DNA of 64,000 nt, taken from Bugula neritina. Its lineage: Eukaryota > Animalia > Bryozoa. Shown one piece after another: positions 50,962-64,000 of this stretch. The notes beneath the pieces are model-generated. The model had not been told where the DNA came from and did not search any database. It saw only the letters and a list, made by a program, of their open reading frames with translations. Both the position numbers and the translations under genes were made by a program. The stretch is from positions 13,749,801 through 13,813,800 of the forward strand of contig OZ037767.1 of NCBI GenBank assembly GCA_964035545.1. The letters are read 5' to 3'. Each line of letters opens with the position of its first letter. Position 1 is the first letter of the stretch.

Positions 50962-53900
50962 TATATATATATATATATATATATAAAATGACAGGACCTG
51001 CATTAAGTTCATGTTTTATCAGATAAAATAACTACCGGTTGACTGTGACATATTGCCAATGGGAATTAGTGACCATTAGAGTGACCCGGATGTGATTACA
51101 ATATAGGGCAGAAATGGCGTAAAGTAACCACACATTTTTAGAGTAAGTTGCATACTCAGCTTTTAGTTAATAATTATTGATTATTGAACTCAATTAGCTT
51201 CCTATATCATATGTTAGAGTCACAAATTGAGAGTCTGAGAGAACCCAGTTGTTCTAGTCCAACTGAACGACTTAATTGTGTATAATATATTCTGTCATCA
51301 TACACAAACCTTATCATTGCGGGGAGTTGCAGCACGTGTTAGTCAATTTGTTGATATAAATTCTAATTCCATAGCCTCAGTTCTCAAGTAGAAACCTCAA
51401 ACCTAATCTCCAACCTTTCCAAAGTAATAATCACAAGCAGAGAGTAGCTTTTAGAATGCCAAATGTTGAAATTTTCAGCAGTTTTAGTCTCACATGGAAC
51501 TTAAAATGCTACATGCCTTTGAAGTTTTTTTACGAATCCATTCACTAAAATTCAACCTCGGTTTCTGAAGCATATTTTTAGAAAAGTTATTTTTATTTTA
51601 AAAAGCATATAATATAGTAGGTGATGAGAGGCTAAAACATTAATATTCTTAAGTTGTAAGCATATTCTTTGTAGCTGTTCCTGGATAAAACATCTGGAGT
51701 GGTCCCCCTTACTTCATATTCAATGTTAATTATATTAAAGAAGTAAAAAGCCTAAAATATGCAATGTTATGCATATACATGTTTTGTACTGTATAAACAT
51801 TATTACTAATACATCTGAATATATGTAATATACTACTGCAGTATAACTGTAACGGATTAGTTGTGCAGGTGTTATGTGTGAGACTCGAAAATGCAACATT
51901 TCTCCTCTGGCAGGCAAACGTTTGCATATTTAACAGGAATGGCAAAAGCTTTGTGAAATACTTAACAAACTTTCAAAATAATGAGGTTAAAAAAGAAATT
52001 CGAATTTTTGTGCGTAAATATGGAATTTTTAACTCATTGAAGTATGCCAGGCCTTAAAACTGACTTATAATTTGAAAAAAATTAATGCCAGTAATGAAAC
52101 ATATTTTTGGCATAACTGGTTTTTTAGAAAAGGTGACTACATAAAGTGGCTGTATTTTCTCAAAAATATTCCAATGTTAACATTAACCATTATATAATGA
52201 TGTGTTGTAATATTTAATCATGGTATAACTCTACCTTCAAGTATTTCAATTCCAGCTATCCATATGTCTGTCTGTTAGTATATCCAACTTTGTCGTCTGT
52301 AACGTACCTAGTTGCACCAACTTTTTCCTTCTAGTTTCTTGCAATCACTTGATAATAATACCTTCTTTCATCTTTATAATATTTGTATTGATTTTAATGG
52401 AAAGTATGCATTTATGATAACTGCCTACTCTAATATATCCCTTCGGTATTGCAGCTTCACGCAAACATGCTAGTCACAAAGTAAAACTAGCCTAGCCCAT
52501 TTGATTTGCAACGCAGTACGTAGTGCTCGTAGACATATAAGCACTTGGATATAGCATTGCAAATGTAATTATTCTTTCTCCTTATGACATTTGCTCGTAA
52601 ATTTGATTTTGTTAATTCTATCTAAAGTAATTTCTGCTGTACAATGTATTATTGTATTTCACATCTGCTACTATATTGCTGTCGCTGCCTGGGGCTGTAG
52701 ATTTACTATAGAGAGAGTATTACAAAAATAATACAATATTTAGTACTTTATGGCAGCTAAATTATGTTAATCAGACTATACACTGTTTCAGCACTCTTTC
52801 AACTGGTTGCACTTGTCTGGCATCGACAAAAAACAATTTTGAGTAATTAATTTGATATCTCAATAAAACATTTAAATATTTCAGTCCATTACACATCTGC
52901 TATAGGTCTTTCTTTTAGCTTAGGCAGGGAGTATTAGGTTATGGGAGTTTATTAGTATAGTGTATTATTCAGTTCCAACTTTTGATATTATGTTCAGTTG
53001 ATATTTATATTCTTCATATATGAAACATGCAATAAATGCAAAAACTAAATAAATAGAGAAAAAAATTTGTGGTTTGAGCAGGCAAATTGGGTTATTTGGT
53101 GATGTCAGGATGGGCATACGAAGTTCCTAGCTCCTTAGAAATAGAATTTATCATTAGAGTTTGTCACAGGGCAAAAGATTTCCAACAAATGTGAATTTTT
53201 TATAGCTAATATTTGCTATGAACCAATGCTCTGTGGTTGTTTGTTTGTTGTTTAGTAATAATACGGAAGTTTAGCCAATTTTTATTAAAAGAAACCTGCA
53301 AACTCAGCATGAATAAAGTAACTAGCTGTAAAAACTTTCGGTTTTTCAAACTAACTCAGTAAAGCTTTATAATCTTACATGCAGCTCTACTGTTCAAAAG
53401 CTAATTTCAACTGCCTATAAGCTATTGGCATGGCGTTTAGCCAATTAAACTAATCAACTCTTTGGGTTACTGAAAAGCTTAGCTATTATAAGTATAAATT
53501 ACAGTTACACTAACCTCTACTGCTATAGAGAGCAAATGTTTATATACACAATGAATCAATATTTCATTTTAAGTTCGTTGTCGTCTGCAAACAGTCTCTA
53601 TGCATAAGAGTTGATAAGAAAGTATTATATTGTTATAGACTAATTGTCATCTTTTGTAGCTTTAGAACCAAGTGTTTAAACACTCTCATGTTGTTTTTCC
53701 TTCTATGCTATCAATCAATAGACTTGGCTAGCTTACCTTATCCATAATTTACAGGCTTTACAATACTCTAAGTCTATTTGGGCGCTCAGTTGCTGCATTT
53801 CTAAATATAAAAATGAAAACTGGCTGTTTGGATAAATTAGAATTGCAAATAGTAATAGAAAATTTATTAAAACTGCAATAAATAGTTTATCAGTATTTAT

Positions 53901-55971
53901 AAGATAAAGTAGTATTATAGCACCATAACGTTATTGCAGAAATATTTTACTGACAATAAAACAATTTGGCGGATGTCGTTGGCAGAGATTAGCTTTAATA
54001 ATTATTGTGTTCAGTATTACGTAGAGCTGAAGTTGTGACCAATATAAGCCAAAATAAACTCACAATGTTCAATGCCTATATATAGTGACTGTCCCATTCC
54101 CCCACTCAAATATGTATAACCCGGTTTTCATAATGCAGCTTCCGTGTGATAATGTTTAGTTAATGTTTTATTTTATCTCAATCTTATATAGGAAGTTGAA
54201 TCTCTCCTTCTTTGTTTTTGAATTGCAAGCAATTAATGTTATTCATCGCAGCTTTTATCATCAATATTGAATCTTCATAATATTACTATAATATTATATT
54301 ATTGATATATAATATATAATAATATTATAGCAGCCACACTATTGCAACCTTCGTCCATGCAGCTTGTGAAATAGTTGGCTCATACACACAGTGTCATACT
54401 ATATTGCATATCAAGCCGCTCATTTTGACTAATAGCTATAGTATATGTACTATTATCCGAAAAGCTTCCTGCAAGCCCTTAATGATATGCAATACAATAC
54501 ATACAGTAGCTAATGTTTGTAAGTATTATTATAATATTATTATATTCTATAATAGTTTCTATATCTTACTAATATTATTGGGATTAATAGAAATGTATTG
54601 CATGTAATATGCATTAATCTATATATTTTATGACTATAATTATCCTCCATAATAACATTCAATATGTTTCATATGACTATAATTATATCATATGAAACTT
54701 TTATATATATTTATAGATAATATCATCTTCATTAACCGTTTTCATATTTTCTGATTAGTATTATATATTCCATAATAATTGATATATATTTTATAGTTAA
54801 TGTTATAACAAGTCAACTTTTTGCTATTGGTAAGCATGCAAAACTATATCTAAGATGTAGAAGAAGAAAAACTACAGCATAGAAGCAACACTCTAAGTAT
54901 GCTGAGACAAGCATGTGTGAATATGAGTCATTATTTTCAAATTTGTTGAATAAGGGAGTAATCTTCCCTTGCCACTTACTCCAGTTTGTTTGTCTGCATT
55001 AAGACTTGCTTCTCACACTGTAGTGTTGCTTTGTTGTTTAAATGCAGGTTTAATACAGCTTATAATAAAGATTTAGATTTTTTTCGTATACAGTTACAGA
55101 TTATTTCAGCCTTTATGCATGTGCAGGTGTGACAACTCCAGCTAGAAAGTGGTTTCTAATGCAAGGATTTGCTAAGAGAGTAAATGCATGCACTTTGTCG
55201 ATTGGAAGCATTTTTATCGAAAGTGTGTTATTCGGAAAAGATAACTCAAAAAATCTTTAATTCTGTATTTGTAATTGTAGCTTTAAAAGCAAAATAATGT
55301 TCAACCAGAATAAAGGGGATAAATCAAAGATAAAAATAGAGCAGACAACTCTGATTCTTACAAACTGGAGCTGTGGAAAGATAATTCCAAATAAACAGGA
55401 CTGCATTTGTATTTTCACAATGGAAGTTAACTAATATTACCAATATTAAAAAACATTGAATTAGTAGTAGCTTACATAAACGAGCAAATATTTATTGAAT
55501 TTCTTTAAAAATAATGCGCTTAATGTTTGTGAAAATGAGATCTAATGCCCTCTGGGGAAGGTGTTAAGGCTTCTCGCTATGCTAAGATATAGCATGCGCC
55601 TCCATAGACTGTAGACGTCAGAGTAAAGCAGTTGTATTGAACTCTGTAAGCTGTAACTATATGGTTTATAAGCAGCTGTCTCATATGTAACTAGATGCCT
55701 TCTCATTGAGTAGACAGGCTAATAAATGCTCTGATACTCTGAAGTCATAATTGATTAATATAATAAATTCTATTCACATGCTTCACGCTTTCTAGTGACT
55801 AATACTTAGAATACTTAAAGCTCTTTGCTACTTCTATTAGCATGAATATTGATCTGTCTTGTTGCATATTCACAGGACGGCATTTGCCAGCTCTAAGTCA
55901 GCTTGGCAGCGATGCAAGTAGTAAGTCAGCGTGTAGAATAAGCCGAGGTGTCCTTAACTGAACACGGGAAG

Positions 55972-57682
55972 ATGGAAGTGGAAGCGACTTGTAGTGAATT
56001 TGTAGCAAACGCCTGGAAAAAGGATTTGTGTGCGAATTGTCAGAAACATGAAAGTGAGCATGGTAGTGACAGGGAGACTTCAGCTGTGTCACAGGTGAGT
56101 GCAGGTGCTATAAGCTGGAGCAAGTGCTTCAGGTGCTTTACCTGCAAACCTGTACATCATATTATGTATGATTATTAACCATTGCTTGTTATATTTATGC
56201 AAATACATTACTCCATTTTACCTAGTAAGTGCCATAATTAGCCGGATTAAGCTAGCTATTTAACTAGGCCATGTATTTGCACTGAAAAATGAAGCTCTTC
56301 AAATATTATATGCACCCTCCTTATCCTATCAAAGTTCAAATATTTCTATTAAATCTGCGTTTGAAATGGTAGCCCTCCTTTCGAAACCATATCTGTTTAA
56401 ATATTTTTATTTAGTATTACTGTTTTGGCACTATTTTATGATTACACCCTAACCTGCTATTTTTCAAAGTTTTACATCACAAGAAATTTTGATTTGAGGC
56501 AAGGCAGATGCAAGTTAACATGAAATGATACAGGAGCCATTCCTATCAACCAAACTTAATAATTGCCATTGATTTTCTTTGGAGTGAAGTCAACTGTGAA
56601 ATTATTGATGTTAATCAAGTGCATTGTTTAGACAAGTAACACAACTGTCCGTGATTTGCCAACCAATCAATAAATGTGACACTGCCAGCTCGTGTTAGTC
56701 ATCAACTACTACAATGGGCCAATCAGCTGTCATGTTAGAATAATCAGCCAATCAGCTTCTTCGAACCTATTAATTCAAGCAGACAACTGAAGTAAATTCT
56801 CGCCAACCTTTTATTAAATAAAAAATAGCTCCAATAGTATGTGAATGCATCCAAATAATCCCACTCTCTCCTTTTCAGACGGTTTCACTAATAATTAATA
56901 TTTATATTTGTATTTATATATTTGCTATTTATCACCCCAAATCACAGCTATGTAACCAATAGTTACAACCAGTCCACCCATGTTTATTACTTATTTAAAT
57001 TATTCTATATTTATTCAGTTTTTATAGTTAAGTAAAGTTTCAGCTTACATGTGGTTTAATATCAAATGGCTGCTGTTGAGCATATTATAATGATAAACTG
57101 TTTTTGCATCTCTCATACTTCTATTTATTCTCATTTCTTGATATTCAAAAGTTTTCAAAGGTTTTTGGTAGCAAATAAGTGAAAACTCAACTCTTAGTCG
57201 ATGCATAAAACCTGCTTTGAAAGCTTTTTATCCGTCACTTAAATAATAAAGTAATAGACCACAAACTAAGCTAATATCTGTAGAGCATGTAACTGAGCTG
57301 TTTAAATCACTAGAGTTATTATAGAGTAGTTATCAATATTTTAAAGTGGCAGTTATAGACCTCCTTTAGAATGTTCATCTTTTTGGACATTATTGAGTTT
57401 TTCAAGTCTTAATGTTTGCTGAAGCGTCAGAAATGAAAATAGTTGAAAGTTTCACAAGTATAGCTGATCCCAGTTTTTCAATGCATTATATCTTGTCACT
57501 CAACACAATATTCCAACCAAGTATAGCTGTTGCAGTATAGATTATCTGAAATAAAACAAAGTTCAAGTCATACTTGAGCAGAAGTTACTTTCCTTGAATT
57601 ACTTTTTACCAAAAATTGCTAAATAGAAGTGCTTAAAGTATACAACAATTATTCGAAATTTTATTATAATGCGTATTAATCG

Positions 57683-57775
<93 letters not shown>

Positions 57776-57792
57776 GCACGCACGCACACACG

Positions 57793-57835
<43 letters not shown>

Positions 57836-60800
57836 ACACATATCAACATCATCATTGTCATCACGCCCTTTATTTAGCTGTTAAGTAATGAATATCATAA
57901 AATATCCATTGTTTTGTAGAGTACAGACATCAAAAAAGAGCAGCAGCATAAAGAAGTTGTGGCAGCACCTGCTACTTCTAAATCACAGACAACTCCAGTC
58001 ACTAAAATTCAGCAGGTTTGCCGTCTCTATGTTTTCATATGTAACTTTATAGCTTGTACACCCACTCACGTGGCTGTTTAGTATCTCCATAAGAGTCCAT
58101 AATATAGTCTAGTAGCCAATGAACTAAACAATGAGTATGATGTGGCATATATAGAAATAGCTACAATGGATGCCCTTCTTGACTTCATTAATGTTCCTGT
58201 GACCGTGACCTTGTGCTAACCTCTAGACAGCTTTCTAGTATCCTATCCCTAGAGGCTGTATCTCCAAGTGGTTAATGAAAAATAGGGCTGATTAAATAAT
58301 TTATACTAATTTTAGGTAGATATATTTGTGGTAGGGGAGAGGTTAGCCAGATTAAGTGGTCACTACTGACTTAGCTTGTAATTTGAAGTCAGCCAAAATA
58401 ACCAAAGTTCTGTACAGTGAAAGTAGGAGTCTATTTGTTGTGTAAATAGTAAACAGGAAATCACGTACAATGCAACAATTTCTAGAACTCAACTTTATTC
58501 TGTTTGCTCCGCATATGAGTCAGTTTACTTCATTTAGTACACACCAGCAACTTATGACCTATCATTAAAGTTTGATCAAAATCAATTGAAATTTACTATA
58601 CATGGTATTTTTATGTGCTGATTTTAACTACGCATAACAGAAAAGGCTGGAAGGGGATTCCCCAACATTAAAGCACAGGTCATTGTCATATGCACTTAAT
58701 ATTCTATATGTGCAACCGAAAAAACCTAACGGTCCGTAACCAAAACTAGCTGAATAATTAGGGAAAAACATAGGAAATGAAGCAAAATTAAAAAGAACTT
58801 TGATTATTTAGGTGTATCTATTGGTGTTTTACTAGTTTTGGCCAAAAGACCATGTTTATTACCAGCTAAAGTGTGAAAAATAGCCAAAAACTGAAGATAT
58901 CCAGTGTGTACTATAAATTAAGTAAAATGACCCATATACAACTCCTTTATAATAAGGCACAGTGATTTAGGTTGTTTTTAGTTTTATAATAACTTATAGT
59001 TTTCTTTTTTCATAATAAGACAACTTTTCAGAAGTTCACTAGAACTAACTCTATTTAAAAATGTGATTCTTTGCTTATCTCACAATATTGAATGTTAATG
59101 TAGTATTGCAATAGCATGAGATTAACTTCTGCTGCATTTAAAAATACGGGAGGGGTTACAGTGACGCCCTCTGAGGTAGGTGTAGTAATGGAGAAATTGA
59201 GAAAAGCCTGTGTTCTAGATTAAAAGTGTAGTAAAGAAAGTTATGTTCTCACAAGAATTTCAAGTAGTGCCCCAAACAAAATTTAATAAAGAAGTTAAAG
59301 AGCTTAGGCTTTCTCAATTTCTTTACTATAACTGCTCCTAAATGCACCCTCTCTCATTAATGTTGTTGGTTTAGGGTATGTTTTCTGCATATTTTCTGCC
59401 CAAACAACATCAAAACACGAGCAAATATATATTTATATATTTTCGATAACGTAATAAATTATTGCACAACTGTTTCACCATAGCTACAACCTTCTGCTAG
59501 CAACATTACTATGTTATTTCTAAAGAATTTATCTAACCCAACTGTAGACCACCCCATATCACTGTCACACATAAATAGTAACTGGATCAAATGTTATGGA
59601 ATGTCGACTGACAATTTGATGGCAAAAACAAGTCCTTTTTATTAGCAATTGTCATTCAGCTGTCACTGCTGTTTTTCTGACGATCTGTATTAGCATAATA
59701 CAATTACTATCTAATTGTTATTGTCTTAAGTGTATCTATCTTGGAGTAGTTTTTACCAGCGGCTAAAAAATCAGCCGTTCTCTTTATATAGCAACAAAAA
59801 TATTAGTTAGCATTTGAAGAGCTAAAAAACAATATTTGTTGTAAAAATTTCAACAGATTTGCATGAAAGACAGGTGTTGTTGCTGCAAACATCCTTCATG
59901 CCAGGGTAGTGCATAGCTCACCACAGAAATCCTCTCTATTTACAATAACAACAGAATGAACAGTAAATTAATACACGATTTGTATGGGAAGGAATTTGTT
60001 CAAACAATCTCACCTTCCATTAGGCTGGATTACTAAGTTATAAACATTTCCATGTTTTGCTAAAATGAAACAGTTTTTTGTTAAAAAAAATGTTCACAAC
60101 TGATCGGTGCCCACGCTGGATCTTAAAATAGCATTACACAATACACATTCTAACTGTGATAGCTATAACAGCTATTGTCGTATTCTAGATCTATTTATAT
60201 AAGCTGTCAAAGTAACTAAGCATTTTCGCAGTAACTGCAACATCAAATTTATGCTGGTTCCCATTGCTCTTCTCATGCTCGAAAGGGTGGATTTTTGTTG
60301 CGGGTTTGAATTAACTTATGATTGTGGTTTCATTTGATTGACAAAGTCCCAAAGTCGAATAAAAAATCCATTTCAATAATGTGAAGCAATCGGAACCTAG
60401 TGATGGAGAAAATAATAAAAGTAACAAAGTATTAAATTATCTGTTTATAATGCTGTGACAAAAATATTGTTGAAAGATATATGTGTAAAGTTATTACATA
60501 AGTTCTCAATGATATATTTGTAACAGAGTTGGTTACCTATAAAGAAAGTAGCAATGCCCCCAACCCAAATGTCGAATTAAAAAATAGAAGCTAAAGCTAA
60601 TGATACATTTAGATGCAATAGTGGAGAAATTCTAATAGTCCACGCTTTTTTATTTTCTTTATTGCTTTTTTTGTTAGTGGAAGTTTTGGTTGGAATTCTC
60701 AAAAGAACATGACTTATATTGCTACATTTTTAATCTAGAATAAGGACCATCTTCAATTTCTAAATAAATACAAAATAGTATTGTGATACTGTAATAGAAA

Positions 60801-63682
60801 ATATACAAGTATAGCTAATTCTAGAGCAATGAAAAATGCACTTGTATGGATTTTGGCTGTCAAAACAGGCAAGCCTTGTTAGCTAATGCCTACTTGTATT
60901 CCCTTAATCTTTACTTCAATACAATAGAGTGATTGTGCCAGGTTATTCTATTACACTAATTGACATTCTTTTACGGACATCACGCATGCTTATATATTTA
61001 TATAGCACTGTACTTAGCCATTGACATTATCATTTCAGTCTCACAAATTAGTTAAGTCTAAACTACCAACACCATCTCCGAGTACGGCCGCCCTCTCTAC
61101 CGTCTCTAACCTTTCTCAGGTTCAACAGCAGAACAAAGGCAAACCTGCTACACCTTCCAAACCTCAGCGATCAGTAGCAAGATCCGAGAGTGCCCGATGT
61201 AAACCAACACCGCCTGCCAAACCCTCCCGGCTACAAGAAAGGAAACTTGTAGTGAGAGCGGAGAGCCAACGCCTGGTAAAAGGCAACGCTGATCGGACGA
61301 AATATATCGAGAAGAGGGTTTCTCCTGTACCGAATAAACGTGAGTTTATTATTCATGGGAAAATAGGTAATAGTTGCATGAGGTCTAGGGGCTAAAGCAC
61401 TTGCTTAGTAAACACAAGGTTAGTGGTTCAAATTCCAATAAAGACTACATGAGCTTCTATTATTCATGGAAAAGGAGGGAGCATCATTTTATTTCAATAC
61501 TGAAGATAAATATATAGTGTAGTGTAGATACTATAGTATATCAATCTTAGTAAATATCGCGGCTAGTAATAAAATCATCAGTAAGAATAATTCAGTTTGT
61601 TTCAATGAGACAGCTAGGGAAAGGTTTTTAGTACAAGTTCTCTAGAATCAATTTACTGCTATGCAATATGATATCATCATTTCACACTAGATTGTTGACT
61701 TTTACATCATTGGCTGGTTGCTCTATTTGTGAGGCCACATAGCTGTCAACATCTAATATAAACTGTCATTTCATGTCAGGTGCTCCAGTAAATCAGAACT
61801 CGGTGAAAGGTTGTAACAACACCACAGAAGCAGTTGAGACATCATTAGAGGCTCCGGCAACAGAGAAGTTAGTAGAGGGTTGCAGCAATCCCGCAGAATC
61901 GAGTGAGACTAAACAGAGAACCCAGTCTAAGAAGATGGAAGATGAGGCAGAGTTCCATGAGCAACAGACACTTCAGAATACTCTGAAGAATCTAAACCTA
62001 GAAACGAGTAAATCTGACGTAGAGAACATTGATAGTCTGCATAAGTCATTTCTCAATCTTCAAGGTAAGCAATTTCACTAACTCTGAATTTGATTCAATA
62101 TTGATTTTATGATTCCTTAGTTAGTTTGGGTATAATATAGGGTTTGAGGTATTTTGAACTATAAAATGTAGCTGATCATGTATCAGTATTATTTATACAT
62201 GATCAGTATGAATATTACTTCCTTGTCATAAAATGAAGTCATTGCGTTGTCTCTAGAATCTAAAGTCTTGTGCTCTACATGCAGGGATCCCTTAGCCAAA
62301 CACTTCCATCTTATGACAAATACTGAAATGGATTATATGATGAAATGTATATATATATGTGTGTGTGTGTGTGCGTGTGCGTGTGCGTGCGCGTGCGCAT
62401 GTGCGTGTATAAAATATACACTATAAGCATAGAAACAGCATTAAAGTAGAAACACGTAGAATTAAAAGCAAGTAAAGGCAATATAGACTTAACAACAAAT
62501 AGCAACAGCGAAAAAGTAAAAACAACTTATAGAGAAGATAAAATAAAAACAATTAGCAACAGCAGCATAAAAGTGAAAAGAAATAGAAAAGGTAAAAGTA
62601 GAAACGCCAACCATTAGTTTTTTAGTTAATTTCAGTAGTTGACAGTCTTATGGCAAACTAGCAGATTCGAATTAATTTACACACTCTAAACTGAATTTAG
62701 ATCAATACCTGTTTTATCTTCAGCTTGCCCAACCCATTCTATAGCACTTGACATCGAAGCTAGCTCATTTGATTTCTATTACCATAATACTATTCTATAG
62801 ATGATTTGCAGTTCCTAAACAGCTATACACTGTCCAGCTAATAGCTAAATGTTTATGTTTCCGTTGCTCCAAATAAATCCATATACCTGTGCTCTGGCTG
62901 CACTTAGGATGCATCTGTGGTTCTGGTTTGCATCAACTTATGGTTATGGCTTCATTCGATGCAACTGTTCTCAAATATCGAATGAAAAATTTATTTGCAT
63001 GATGCGGAGCAATGGAATCACAGTGATAATGGAATTTATTTGTATTAGTATAAATATTTTTTTTACTTTTTCTTCTAAGAAAATGTTTTGCTTGCAGAAT
63101 TGCTTTAAAATAATAGCATTTTTGTTAGCTATTGTATTTTTGTTTTATAAGGTTTGAAGTTTTATGTTTTATTGTCATTTTAAACTTTTCATTGAAATAT
63201 TTTAGAGCATGAACACCTTCATGAGAGTCCTTTTCACAAGTTGTCAGCTAAAATTAAGCATCACCACAATAGACACTTGCACCATCATCACCATGGTAAT
63301 CACAATGGCACCCAGCATGGCTTTCAGCATAACAACCACCATAGCAACCGCCATAGCAACGATCAAACAAAAGCTCAGACTACCCATTATCAAAATCCGG
63401 TCGTTGACCCAAGTTCTGGCAAACAGCCAGATTCTGACTCGGCTAAGGGAAGGCCAATCTCTGTCTACGACAATGTGGAGGCAAGCAAGGAAGAGAAAGT
63501 AGAAAGAACTGTAGACACTTCGGGCTATGACAATGCCAAGGTCACCCTCTCTCCTCAACTAAACACAGCTAGTCCCAAGTATGATCTGGTAGCAAAGGAA
63601 ATGAGCGCATCGCACGAGTCCAACCAATCGGAAAGAATATACGCTGAAGTTGTTGACGTAGCCGATTCAAGAACTGAGACTG
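55972..63682 (+). CDS. 5' part of a PEAK1/PRAG1 (SgK269/SgK223)-like scaffold; exons 55972-56094, 57920-58015, 61039-61339, 61780-62064, 63206-63682; continues beyond the window
   Basis: N-terminus ATCSEFVANAWKKDLCANCQKHESEH resembles the PEAK-family start (CSDFVEHIWKPGSCKNC..H as recalled); all splice phases join; disordered body with PTPPAKP, YDNV, YDNA, YDLV and ERIYAEV; kinase-like domain is not in the window. Confidence 0.65.
57686..57840. repeat. (CA)n microsatellite
   Basis: Visible. Confidence 0.97.
59177..59340. mobile_element. MITE-like element, copy 2
   Basis: Colinear similarity to 22033-22187 including GGAGAAATTGAGAAAAGCCTGT and CTGCTCCTA; a more decayed reversed copy may lie near 60620-60770. 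Confidence 0.72.
61370..61447 (+). mobile_element. tRNA-like SINE head, copy 3 (partial)
   Basis: AAAGCACTTGCTTAGTAAACACAAGGTTAGTGGTTCAAATTCCAATAAAG matches the head of copy 2. Confidence 0.6.
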
Positions 63683-64000
63683 GTTAGCATTGATGTCTCT
63701 TGATGTTGTGTATAATATTATGTGCAGTAGCATTGATCTCTCACACTGGCTATGTAATGTGTTGTGACAATCATTTCTATATAGCAGCTTTCTGTGTTAA
63801 AGTCAGCAGCTAAGTAGATGTAGGAAATGTAGTCTAACAAATAGTTATGCCTACTCAGTCATGTTGTCCACATGTTGTCAAACCTTTTATATTTTATTTG
63901 CTTTGTGCAAATATTTTGCTGCATTCCATGTCAACTTTAAAACACTGCAGGAATTAGAAAAACATTTATTATACTAAGTAATACTATACTTGCTGTATGT

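Overview
AT-rich, intron-containing animal genomic DNA, apparently from an invertebrate; the species cannot be determined from the sequence. Five host genes can be built by hand: GLRX5 (minus, 2 exons), an EGLN/PHD HIF prolyl hydroxylase with a MYND finger (minus, 6 coding exons), TTC27 (plus), an R7-family RGS protein (RGS6/7-like, minus) and the 5' part of a PEAK1/PRAG1-like scaffold gene (plus, runs off the end). Between GLRX5 and EGLN lie two very young LTR retrotransposons, each with identical LTRs and an intact target-site duplication (TSD). Element A (4717-8359, 3.6 kb) has no pol. It carries gag, a UGA-CUA readthrough context leading in frame into an integrase-type C-terminal tail, and an intact second ORF with zinc knuckles and a coiled coil. 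Element B (9903-18958, 9.1 kb) is a Ty3/Gypsy element with a G_UUA_AAC plus hairpin -1 frameshift signal, an extra C2H2 zinc-finger/coiled-coil ORF where env would sit, and a 1.6-kb non-autonomous hAT nested inside. The window also holds a decayed Charlie/Buster-type hAT, a truncated RTE LINE, a tRNA-derived SINE family, a MITE family and many tandem repeats, several of which duplicate real splice sites. The most novel-looking signals are the accessory zinc-finger ORFs of the two LTR elements and the pol-less gag-readthrough architecture of element A. All exon structures and homologies were inferred by eye, with no database search.
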